Below are positions 55,034-63,371 of a stretch of DNA of 64,000 nucleotides, in pieces. How positions within the stretch are numbered: position 1 is the stretch's first letter; each line of letters starts with the position of its first letter. The notes beneath the pieces are model-generated. The model saw only the letters and a list, made by a program, of their open reading frames with translations. It searched no databases and was not told the origin of the DNA. A program made the translations under genes and the position numbers. Source of the DNA: Victivallaceae bacterium (GTDB taxonomy: Bacteria > Verrucomicrobiota > Lentisphaeria > Victivallales > Victivallaceae); the NCBI GenBank assembly GCA_045588835.1, contig JAZNEV010000075.1, positions 7,979-71,978 on the forward strand, given 5' to 3'.

Positions 55034-55062
55034 TTGAAAAAAGCGTATTTACGCAGTATATT
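55034..55062 (+). promoter_or_regulatory. Sigma-70-type promoter for rpsB-tsf
   Basis: TTGAAA (55034-55039), 17-nt spacer, TATATT (55057-55062). Confidence 0.6.
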
Positions 55063-55191
55063 AACAAAATAATCACCCCGTAGAGCCAGTGTGGCCGGTT
55101 CTGCGGGGCATAATTCAACCAAAAGGTGGCTTGTCAACGGCGTAAAAGGATGTACGCTGAAAAGCACCGCAAAGTGAAAGGAAGATGCAAG

Positions 55192-56058
55192 ATGGCCAAA
55201 GTTACGATCAACGATCTTTTGGAAGCCGGTTGTCATTTCGGACACCAGACCCGTCGTTGGAACCCCAAAATGAAGAAGTTTGTCTATGGTGCCAAAAACG
55301 GTATCAGCATCATTGACCTGACCAAAACCATGCGTCAGATCGCCGATGCCTGCAACTTCCTTCAGAAAGTCGTCAGCGATGGCGGCGATGTGCTTTTTGT
55401 CGGCACCAAACGTCAGATCCGTGAAGTTGTCACCGGTCTGGCCGAAAAAACCGGTATGTTCAGCATCTCCGAGCGTTGGCTCGGCGGTACTCTTACCAAC
55501 AATCAGACCATCCGCAAAAGCATTGACAAAATGAAAGAAATCGATGCGATCCTCAGCAGCGATGCGGTCAACGGCATGAAGAAAAAAGAGATTTCCGCTC
55601 TGACCCGCCGGGTTGATAAACTGCATCGTGACCTTGACGGTATCGCCGGTATGAAAAAACTTCCGGCCGCTTTGATTGTTATTGATGTCTGCAACGAGAT
55701 CAATGCTGTCCGCGAAGCCAACAAATTGAATATTCCGATCGTTGCTCTGGTCGATACTAATGGTGACCCCTCTATGGTCGATTATCCGGTTGCCACCAAC
55801 GATGATGCGGTGAAATCCGTTCAGATCATCACCGACCTTTTCGGCGAAGCGATCAAAATTGCCAAAGAGATCCATCTGAAACGTGTCACGGAAGAGCGTG
55901 ATGCTGCCGAGGCTGCTAAAAAGATCGCTCAGGAAAACGCTGAAGAAGAAGAGGATAATGCTCCGAAAGCCCCGCGTAAACGCGTCGCCAAAGGTGATGC
56001 CAAAACGGCTCCCCGTAAACGTGCTCCGAAAAAAGCCGAAGCCGCTGAAGAAAAGTAA
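55192..56058 (+). CDS. rpsB: 30S ribosomal protein S2 with K/A/E-rich C-terminal extension
   Basis: MAKVTINDLLEAGCHFGHQTRRWNPKM start; the ORF opens upstream at 55126. Confidence 0.95.
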   Translation: MAKVTINDLLEAGCHFGHQTRRWNPKMKKFVYGAKNGISIIDLTKTMRQIADACNFLQKVVSDGGDVLFVGTKRQIREVVTGLAEKTGMFSISERWLGGTLTNNQTIRKSIDKMKEIDAILSSDAVNGMKKKEISALTRRVDKLHRDLDGIAGMKKLPAALIVIDVCNEINAVREANKLNIPIVALVDTNGDPSMVDYPVATNDDAVKSVQIITDLFGEAIKIAKEIHLKRVTEERDAAEAAKKIAQENAEEEEDNAPKAPRKRVAKGDAKTAPRKRAPKKAEAAEEK

Positions 56059-56088
56059 TTCAACTTTATATGAATAAGGTGAACAAAA

Positions 56089-56904
56089 ATGGCTGCTATT
56101 ACTGCTAAAATGGTTTCCGAACTCCGGGAGAAAACCGGAGCCGGTATGATGGATTGCAAAAAGGCTCTGGTTGCCGCTGACGGCGATATGGAGCTGGCGA
56201 TTGAGAATCTCCGTAAATCCGGTGTTGCCAAAGCCGAGAAAAAATCCGGCCGTGCCACCGAACAGGGCAAAGTTTGGACCAAGATCAACGGCAATGAAGC
56301 CGCAATCGTGGAAATGCTTTGCGAAACCGACTTCGCTGCTAAAACTCCGAAATTCGGTGCTTTGGTCGATGCGATGCTGGATGGTGCTTTGAAAGTTGCC
56401 GCTGACGGTGATGTTGCTGCTGCGGTCAATGAGCAGGAAGCTGCTCTGATTACCAGTCACATTGCCACCATTGGTGAAAATATGTCTTTGCGCCGTGCCC
56501 AGAAATGGCAGGCTTCCAATGGTTCCACCTTTGCCAGTTACCATCACATGGATGGCCGTGTGAGCGTGCTGGTTGAGGTCGAGGGTGAGAGCGATCCGGA
56601 ATTCCTCAATGATCTGTGCCTGCACATTGCGGCTTTCAGCCCGAAATACATCAGCAGCGCTGATGTGCCGGCTGAAGTGATCGCCAAAGAGAAAGAGATC
56701 GCCGCCGCCGCTGATCCGAAACTGGCCAACAAACCGGCTGAAATGCTGGATAAAATCCTTGCCGGTAAGATCAACCGCTTTTTCAGCGAGATCTGTTTGG
56801 AAAATCAGCCGTGGGTTAAAGATGACAAGAGTTCTCTGAAAAAACTGAAACCCAATGCCAAAGTCAAGCGTTTTGTCCGTTGGGCGATCGGTGAAGAACT
56901 CTGA
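56089..56904 (+). CDS. tsf: Elongation factor Ts
   Basis: ITAKMVSELREKTGAGMMDCKKAL (UBA-like N-terminus), with the dimerisation core following. Confidence 0.95.
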   Translation: MAAITAKMVSELREKTGAGMMDCKKALVAADGDMELAIENLRKSGVAKAEKKSGRATEQGKVWTKINGNEAAIVEMLCETDFAAKTPKFGALVDAMLDGALKVAADGDVAAAVNEQEAALITSHIATIGENMSLRRAQKWQASNGSTFASYHHMDGRVSVLVEVEGESDPEFLNDLCLHIAAFSPKYISSADVPAEVIAKEKEIAAAADPKLANKPAEMLDKILAGKINRFFSEICLENQPWVKDDKSSLKKLKPNAKVKRFVRWAIGEEL

Positions 56905-56936
56905 TCAGAAGATCATCTGATTACTTAAAAGATATT

Positions 56937-56967
56937 ATGAGAGACACAAGAGGTCTCTCATTTTTTT
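56937..56967 (+). terminator. Rho-independent terminator of rpsB-tsf
   Basis: ATGAGAGAC-acaagag-GTCTCTCAT followed by T7. Confidence 0.85.
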
Positions 56968-57073
56968 CTGTCTTAAAACGAAAAGTGGTTTGCCTCTTGA
57001 TAAAAAACGGATTTATGTTAATCCAAGAACACCGAAGTCGCATAGTGCACTTCAAAAACCAGGAGGACAAACC

Positions 57074-58134
57074 ATGAATAATGTATCGCACAAACAGGAA
57101 AAAATCTACTTCGGATTGGATATTTCTCAAAAAACTATTGAAATTTTTTGCTTTGAATGGAGAAAAAGGTGTATCTTTCGGCAAAATTTCCAACACGCAG
57201 AAGAGTTTAACTGAATTTTTTACTAAAGTTCCAGCACCTTCCGAAACAATAACTGTTGCACTTGAAACCGACACTCATTCCGCTTGGATCAGTCGATTAC
57301 TTGAAGAACGAGGTCATGAAGTTGTTGTCGCTCATGCCAGAGATTTAGCATTTATTTATAAAGGTGATAAAAAAGTGACCGCATTGATGCAGAAAAATTG
57401 GCAAGAATGGCTCGTGCAGATAAGAAATTACTGCATCCAATCAAAGTAATAGATAAAGATTTGCCGGCAATCAAAGCAAGAGATTTACTTGTAAAGCAAA
57501 AAACAAGTATCGTTAACGCTATTCGCGGTTTTCTTCGCAGTATAGGAATTGATGACAGTGCATACAGCCATGAAGTGATAAATGACATTTATTCTGAATT
57601 ACCTAAAGATATACAAAATAACTTATGCGGGTTATTTTCAGCATTAACTGCAATAAACAATAGCATCAAAGAATATGATAAGCGAATCAGAAAAATTTCC
57701 CAAGATTATCCTGAAACAAAAATCTTGCAGCAAATCAAAGGGGTTGGACCATTGATTGCATTAAGTTTTGTTTTGATAATCGGCGATCCCAAACGCTTCA
57801 GTTCTCGTGAATGCAGTTCGTATATCGGATCAGTTCCTAAACGTGATCAATCAGGAGAAGTTGATAAACAGCTTGGAATATCCAAATGCGGTAACAAATT
57901 ATTGCGACGATTACTTGTACAAGGAGCACAATATATAATGGGACCATTCGGCGAGGAATGTGATTTGAAAGATTTTGGCACAAGAATTTCGCAACGAGGT
58001 GGCAGTATTGCAAGAAAAAAGCCAAAGTCGCAGTTGCCCGCAAATTAGCAATAACGATGTTGAGCTTGTGGCGCAATCCGAATATTCAATATGATCCGCA
58101 TTTCAAAAACAACAAAAAAAGAAAAGTCGCATAA
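57074..58134 (+). mobile_element. IS110-family transposase gene, inactivated by three frameshifts (IS remnant; element ends not defined)
   Basis: AGGAGG RBS. N-terminus IYFGLDISQKT (RuvC-like DEDD). KSDRIDAEKLARMA. C-terminus IKGVGPLIALSFVLIIGDPKRFSS...GSVPKRDQSGE...AKVAVARKLAITMLSLW. The frame changes at T6 (57144-57149), A6 (57369-57374) and A6 (58015-58020). Confidence 0.8.
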
Positions 58135-58457
58135 AAGAATATTATTGTAGAAGTAACGGATTCAAAAAATAGAAAAAATAAATCAATAAAAGACGTTTTT
58201 TAAGGAATTGCTTTTTGTCCAGTCTTGGTGATCTCGAAACAACCCCAAATCTGATATTGCCAATATCATAAAAAAGATTGTCAGAAAAGATTGAAGACAT
58301 CGGGACGGACATTTATCAGGCGTCGCTTCCGGCAGAAGCATTACAGAACGCGAATAGGAGCAAGACAAAAGCACACCTTTTTGAATCATCTTTTGCTGAT
58401 TTTACACTTTTTTACATTTTTTTTGCAAATAAAACTTGCCAAATAGTCTCTCATAGG

Positions 58458-58496
58458 AGGGGCAGTTGCAAAACCTAATGTTTTGCGGCAGCCCCT
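58458..58496. other. Strong isolated hairpin in the AT-rich non-coding tract
   Basis: GGGGCAGTTGCAAAAC-ctaat-GTTTTGCGGCAGCCCC (58459-58474/58480-58495), 16 bp with one mismatch and two G-U pairs. No U-tract on either strand. Confidence 0.6.
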
Positions 58497-58763
58497 TGCT
58501 TGCAGGGATATTTTTCATGTCAGTAGACTGCGATGTTATATTTGTGTTGAATATGAAAGAAGCCGATGGGTAATTCGATTGTTGCATTGTTGTGATTTAT
58601 TTTGCAGTACGTGCTAAGGCACCTTAAAATATCATAATGTTAAATAAATATCAAGTGTTTCATGTGCGTTTTTTTTGAAAATTTGCAGTTTTGAAATAAT
58701 TTTGAGCGAATACACATAATTTTTTATACGTATGAAAAATGTGATTATGAACGTTGAAAGTTG

Positions 58764-58791
58764 TTGAAAATGTATATTTGTGTGCTATATT
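58764..58791 (+). promoter_or_regulatory. Strong sigma-70-type promoter reading into the aldolase fragment and sdaA
   Basis: TTGAAA, 16-nt spacer, TATATT. Confidence 0.5.
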
Positions 58792-58840
58792 AAGGTCAGA
58801 GATTTCAAAAATATTTATACATTATAGGCATGAGGCGGGC

Positions 58841-59010
58841 ATGGGAAGCCGTTTCGGGGAAAGTTGAATTCCGGCGAGGTGTCTTGGGAAACTGTTATTA
58901 CGCTTTCTGATCTGTGTGTCAGCAAATCGGCGTGAGATTGCGGCATGGATTTCTGCCGGATCGATGATGAATATGTTCCGCATACCATCGTGATGGTTTA
59001 CTGTCACCAG
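58841..59010 (+). pseudogene. Decayed duplicate of the 5' end of the HpcH/HpaI aldolase gene at 60382
   Basis: Starts at its own ATG and aligns with 60382-60550 (for example TTGAATTCCGGC.AGGTGTCTT, ACGCTTTCTGATCTGTGT, GAGATTGCGGCATGGATTTCTGC). Indels and an early TGA break the frame. Confidence 0.7.
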
Positions 59011-59162
59011 ACCGCAATGACCTGACCGCTTAATTGGTCAAAGCTGAAGTTCGGGCAAAATCGGTCCGTATCGCCGGACCGGAAAGGATAAATCCCGGTT
59101 TGGTATTTACTGCTGTGAAAAGTATGCAACAATATATTGAACTGTATAATAATTGATTTCAG

Positions 59163-60362
59163 ATGAAAAGTTTACGAGAATTATACCGCATCGGATATGG
59201 GCCTTCCAGCAGTCATACCATGGCTCCGTATCGGGCGGCAGAGATGTTTTTTACCAGAAATAATTCCCGGGCAACCGGCTTTGAGGCTGCTTTGTACGGC
59301 AGTTTGGCTGCTACCGGACAGGGGCATTTTACCGACCGGGCGATCCTGTCGGTTTTTCCGGAAGGAAAATGTAAAATATTATGGTATCCGCAGACATTTC
59401 TTGATGAACACCCCAATGGTATGATCTTCCGGGCATTGGATGCTGCCGGCCGGGAAATCAACCGGTTACGGATCTTTTCCATTGGCGGCGGTGCCGTTTC
59501 AGAAAGCGGCAATGCCGAAAATACTCCGGAATGTTATCCTTATACCTCGATGTCTGAAATTCTTGATATCTGTGAAACGCGGGGGCTTACGCTCTGGCAA
59601 TTGGCGGCAGAGTGTGAAAATTTGGATTTTCTGAAAGCTGTTTATGCTCAGATGATGGAAACTTTGCACCGGGGATTGGCCGCTGAAGGGGTTTTGTCCG
59701 GCGGTTTGCAATTGCCCCGTAAGGCCAGACGCTTTTTTCTGAAAGCAAAATCATTGCGGCCGGATATTCAGCGTACCGGATTGATTGCGGCGTATGCCTA
59801 TGCTGTCAGTGAGGAAAATGCTTCTTTGGGAAAGGTGGTGACTGCACCAACTTGCGGTTCCTGCGGCGTTTTGCCGTCAGTGTTATACTATTTGCAGCAA
59901 ACGTGGAATTTTTCCGATGGGGAAATGTATCAGGCATTGGCAGTCGCCGGTATTATCGGCAATGTTGTAAAAAGCAATGGGTCGATTTCCGGAGCCGAAG
60001 TAGGTTGTCAGGGGGAGATCGGAACGGCCTGTGCGATGGCTTCGGCTGCCGCAGCCTATCTTTTGGGAGGAACTCCCCGGCAATGCGAGTGTGCCGCTGA
60101 AATCGGTTTGGAACACTTTCTCGGTTTGACTTGTGATCCGGTTCTCGGTTTGGTACAAATTCCCTGTATCGAGCGTAACAGTGTGGCGGCCAATCAGGCA
60201 TTGATCGCCGCAGAGTTGGCTCTTATTTCCGATGGACACCATTTTGTTTCTTTTGACGATGTGGTCAAAACAATGTTGACTACCGGGCATGATCTTCCGT
60301 CGTTGTATCGGGAAACTTCTGCCGGCGGATTGGCTGAAATTATGCGCAATAAGCAATTGTAA
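59163..60362 (+). CDS. sdaA: Iron-sulfur L-serine ammonia-lyase (single-chain L-serine dehydratase family)
   Basis: LYRIGYGPSSSHTMAP at the N-terminus, CGSCGVLP, and SGAEVGCQGEIGTACAMA cluster/active-site motifs. Confidence 0.85.
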   Translation: MKSLRELYRIGYGPSSSHTMAPYRAAEMFFTRNNSRATGFEAALYGSLAATGQGHFTDRAILSVFPEGKCKILWYPQTFLDEHPNGMIFRALDAAGREINRLRIFSIGGGAVSESGNAENTPECYPYTSMSEILDICETRGLTLWQLAAECENLDFLKAVYAQMMETLHRGLAAEGVLSGGLQLPRKARRFFLKAKSLRPDIQRTGLIAAYAYAVSEENASLGKVVTAPTCGSCGVLPSVLYYLQQTWNFSDGEMYQALAVAGIIGNVVKSNGSISGAEVGCQGEIGTACAMASAAAAYLLGGTPRQCECAAEIGLEHFLGLTCDPVLGLVQIPCIERNSVAANQALIAAELALISDGHHFVSFDDVVKTMLTTGHDLPSLYRETSAGGLAEIMRNKQL

Positions 60363-60381
60363 AATTTTGGGAGTATGAAAA

Positions 60382-61134
60382 ATGAGTAATCGATTCAAAG
60401 AGAATTTGAATTCCGGCAAGGTGTCTTTGGGAACGGTTATAACGCTTTCTGATCTGTGTATCAGTGAATTGGCCGGAGATTGCGGCATGGATTTCTGCTG
60501 GATCGATGCTGAACATGCTCCGCACACCATCGAGGGGGTTCACCGGCATTTGATCGCTCTGCGCGGAACCGGCTGTGCCGGATTGGTCCGGGTGCGGGCC
60601 AATGATCCCATGCTGATAAAGCCTTACCTCGATCTTGCCCCGGATGGTGTGATCATTCCCATGGTCAACAGTGCCGAAGAAGCGGCCAAAGCTGTTGCCG
60701 CCTGCCGCTATCCTATGACCGGTATCCGCGGTTGCGGTGTGCGCCGGGCGGTGCGTTACGGTTCAGAAGATTTCTTTGATTATGTAAAACGGTCTGAATC
60801 AGAGCCGATGGTGATCATCCAGATCGAACATGTCGATGCGGTTCGCAACCTTGATGAAATACTGGAAGTACCCGGTATCGGCAGTATCTGCATCGGGCCG
60901 TGCGATCTTTCCGGAAGTATGGGTATTTTGAATCAGATGAACGATGAAAAACTCAATGAAACACTGGATGAAATTTGTGCCAAGGTTAAAGCCAAAGGTT
61001 TGATTTTGGGAACTGCTGCCGGAGATTTCGCCCGTTGGAAAGCCCGCGGCGTGGATTGGTTCGCCGGAATCAGTGACTGGGGGGCAATGGCTGCCGGTTT
61101 GAGAGCTTTCAGAAAGGGGTGTGAAAATGCTTGA
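60382..61134 (+). CDS. HpcH/HpaI-family 2-keto-3-deoxy-sugar-acid aldolase
   Basis: GMDFCWIDAEHAPH...RVRANDP...QIEHVDAV...IGPCDLSGSMG motifs of class II pyruvate aldolases (RhmA/GarL/HpaI type). Confidence 0.9.
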   Translation: MSNRFKENLNSGKVSLGTVITLSDLCISELAGDCGMDFCWIDAEHAPHTIEGVHRHLIALRGTGCAGLVRVRANDPMLIKPYLDLAPDGVIIPMVNSAEEAAKAVAACRYPMTGIRGCGVRRAVRYGSEDFFDYVKRSESEPMVIIQIEHVDAVRNLDEILEVPGIGSICIGPCDLSGSMGILNQMNDEKLNETLDEICAKVKAKGLILGTAAGDFARWKARGVDWFAGISDWGAMAAGLRAFRKGCENA

Positions 61135-62041
61135 GATTGCAATGGTTTCTGCCGGAGAGGCGCGTTTTCCGTCATCATGTATTTCCCGTATCCGTGAAGC
61201 GGCGGTGATAAATTGCCGCCGTTGCAATACTCCGGATGAGTTGGTGGATTTTGCCGCAAATTCGGATATCATCTGGATGTTTGGAGCCAATGTGGCGGTC
61301 AAGCCGGAAGCCTTATCCCGTCTGCCAAAGTGCCGGGCAATTTTGCGCAGCGGCAGCGGTCTGGATGCTTTGCCTCTGGAATATTGCAAGGCAAATAATA
61401 TTCTGGTTTTCAATACCCCGGAATCTATCAGCGAATCAGTTGCCGAACATGCCGTATCCATGCTTTTTGCTCTTGCCCGCAATCTGGTGCAGTTTGACCG
61501 TCAGGTGCATGGCGGTCAATGGGATTCATCCGGCAATCAGACCAAATGGCATTTGACCGGCAGGACCTTGGGCGTGGTCGGCTACGGCAGGATCGCCCGC
61601 ACGGTGGAAAAACTGGTTTCCGGTTTCGATATGAAAGTCTTGCACTATGATCCGTGGACGGAAAACTCCACCGATCTGGAGGTTTTGCTCAAAGAATCTG
61701 ACTTCGTTTCCCTGCATTGTCCGCTGACTGACGATACCAGAAATCTGATGAATGAGGCACGTTTCAATCTGATGAAAAAAGATGCCCTGCTGGTCAATAC
61801 TTCAAGAGGGGAAGTTATTGATGAGGCGGCACTTTTCAAGGCTTTGACTGCCGGAAAACTTGGCGGTGCGGCTCTGGATGTTTTGTGTGATGAGCCTCCC
61901 CGGGCGGATAATCCGCTGTTAAAGTGCGAAAAGGTGATAATTTCTCCTCATGCGGCGGCGTTTTCTGCGGATTTTGAGAAAAACTTCTGGTATTACTCTG
62001 CGGAAAAATTAGTGGAAATCTGCCACAAACTGGAGGCTTGA
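61127..62041 (+). CDS. D-isomer-specific 2-hydroxyacid dehydrogenase family protein
   Basis: NAD motif GVVGYGRIARTV, NTSRGEVID, and the His in SPHAAA. Overlaps the aldolase stop; the GTG at 61121 is the alternative start. Confidence 0.9.
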   Translation: MLEIAMVSAGEARFPSSCISRIREAAVINCRRCNTPDELVDFAANSDIIWMFGANVAVKPEALSRLPKCRAILRSGSGLDALPLEYCKANNILVFNTPESISESVAEHAVSMLFALARNLVQFDRQVHGGQWDSSGNQTKWHLTGRTLGVVGYGRIARTVEKLVSGFDMKVLHYDPWTENSTDLEVLLKESDFVSLHCPLTDDTRNLMNEARFNLMKKDALLVNTSRGEVIDEAALFKALTAGKLGGAALDVLCDEPPRADNPLLKCEKVIISPHAAAFSADFEKNFWYYSAEKLVEICHKLEA

Positions 62042-62044
62042 AAA

Positions 62045-63256
62045 ATGGTCAAATCCGGCAGTTTTCCGGTGCGGGCATCCCGTAAAAGAGCAGTGTATCG
62101 CTGCGGGGAAAATATTTGCTTTCAGGTAGTGCCGGGGGCAAAAGGTTTTTATACGGTCGATAATGGTGAAACTCTTTCTCCGGAAACGGCTTTTGACGGC
62201 GATATCGTCATCCGGGCGGAAAAGCCGGGTTTTATTTTGCTGAAAGTGCAGGGGCGTTACCGCAACGGTAAAACTTTTGAAACGCTCGCCGGAGCCGCCA
62301 TTGAGCCGGAAAAGATCGTTCCCGGTTCCCGGTGTCCTGCTGATTTTGACGGCTTCTGGCAGCATGAAGTTGCCAAACTGCATGCCGGTAAGTTGACTGT
62401 TGTTTCCTGCACGCCGGTTGCAGAAGGTTATCTGCCGCAGGATATTGCCGCTTTTGATGTTCACTTGTCGCGTGGCGGAATCAATGCTTCCGGCTTTCTG
62501 GCAATGCCGCGTGATGCAAGGAAAGGTTCATTGCCGGGAGTTTTGAGTTTTCTCGGAGCCAGCAAGGTATCAAGTGAATTGGAGATTGCGATAAAAGATG
62601 CAAAAAATTTGCGTGCAGTATCTTTCAATCTTAATTTTCACGGGTTGGAAAATTTTCCGGAACGTCGTGCTGAATTGCTTGCTCCGGGGCGGGAAAAGGT
62701 TTTGAATTACCAATTCCTTAATGCCGATGATCCGCAGAAATATGAAATGCGTAAAATATTTTTACGGGGCGTGATCGCTGCCGATTTCATAAAGTCGCTT
62801 CCGGAATTCAATGGCAATTTATCGGTTTGGGGCGGCAGTATGGGCGGATGTCAGAGTATTGTGGCTTCGGTATTGAATCCGGATGTAAAATTCTGCTGGG
62901 CCGCCGCCTCTGCCATGAGTAATCACTGCGGCAGGAATGCCGGTCATTTGCCCGGTTGGCCGGATCTTTTCAATAATCCACCGGCTTATGATGGAGCAAA
63001 GACGGTTTCCGGATATTTTGATATGGTCAATTTTGCTTCCCGTATCAAGTGTCCGGTGGTCATGGCGGTGGGATTCATTGATACGGTCACTCCTCCGGCA
63101 TCGACTTATGCTGCTTACAACAGTTTGACAGTCAGAAATAAACGTATGCTTCACACGGTTACCGGCGGTCACGGACCATTGCTGGATAAAAAAGAGTGTT
63201 GCGTTTTTGATCTCGGCAGGGAATACCTTGAAGCGGCAGTGAAAAAACAACATTGA
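62045..63256 (+). CDS. Acetylxylan-esterase-like (AXE1/CE7-type) alpha/beta hydrolase with N-terminal beta-domain
   Basis: PADFDGFWQ motif, nucleophile GGSMGG, and a C-terminal GGHG region. Confidence 0.8.
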   Translation: MVKSGSFPVRASRKRAVYRCGENICFQVVPGAKGFYTVDNGETLSPETAFDGDIVIRAEKPGFILLKVQGRYRNGKTFETLAGAAIEPEKIVPGSRCPADFDGFWQHEVAKLHAGKLTVVSCTPVAEGYLPQDIAAFDVHLSRGGINASGFLAMPRDARKGSLPGVLSFLGASKVSSELEIAIKDAKNLRAVSFNLNFHGLENFPERRAELLAPGREKVLNYQFLNADDPQKYEMRKIFLRGVIAADFIKSLPEFNGNLSVWGGSMGGCQSIVASVLNPDVKFCWAAASAMSNHCGRNAGHLPGWPDLFNNPPAYDGAKTVSGYFDMVNFASRIKCPVVMAVGFIDTVTPPASTYAAYNSLTVRNKRMLHTVTGGHGPLLDKKECCVFDLGREYLEAAVKKQH

Positions 63257-63371
63257 TGCGATAAAATCTGGAAATTTTTTCCATTGGATTCAAGTTATTC
63301 AATTTCCTGCCGGATTTTTTTTGGGGGGCGGGGCGTTTGTAATATTGTTACCGAAAAGGATGGTGTATTTT

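Noticed and set aside
54922-56625. 567-aa ORF on the minus strand spanning the end of argH, all of rpsB and the start of tsf
   Set aside because: Its codons are in exact register with the sense codons of rpsB and tsf, which share a frame. An antisense frame stays open whenever the sense genes avoid TTA, CTA and TCA, as highly expressed genes here do. The product is low-complexity (runs of F, G, N, D), has no start context, and overlaps two unmistakable ribosomal/translation genes.
57369-57375. AAAAAAG run at the second IS110 frame change looks like a programmed -1 ribosomal frameshift site
   Set aside because: IS110-family transposases are not known to use programmed frameshifting. The zero-frame register (AAA AAA G preceded by T) is not the canonical X XXY YYZ. 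Two further frame changes, one in the opposite direction, are also needed to restore the protein. Decay or indel mutation is the simpler reading.
58459-58495. The hairpin beginning GGGGCAG resembles the 5' end of tmRNA
   Set aside because: There is no tRNA-like acceptor/T-arm partner (no GGTTCGAATCC-type T-loop or CCA-proximal complement) within several hundred nt, and no tag-peptide reading frame ending in a hydrophobic tail followed by a stop.
58183-58587. Short ORFs (61-68 aa) on both strands in the AT-rich tract
   Set aside because: No RBS or start context, and the translations are low-complexity or Cys/Phe-rich nonsense. Such ORF lengths are unremarkable for random sequence, so I do not call them genes.
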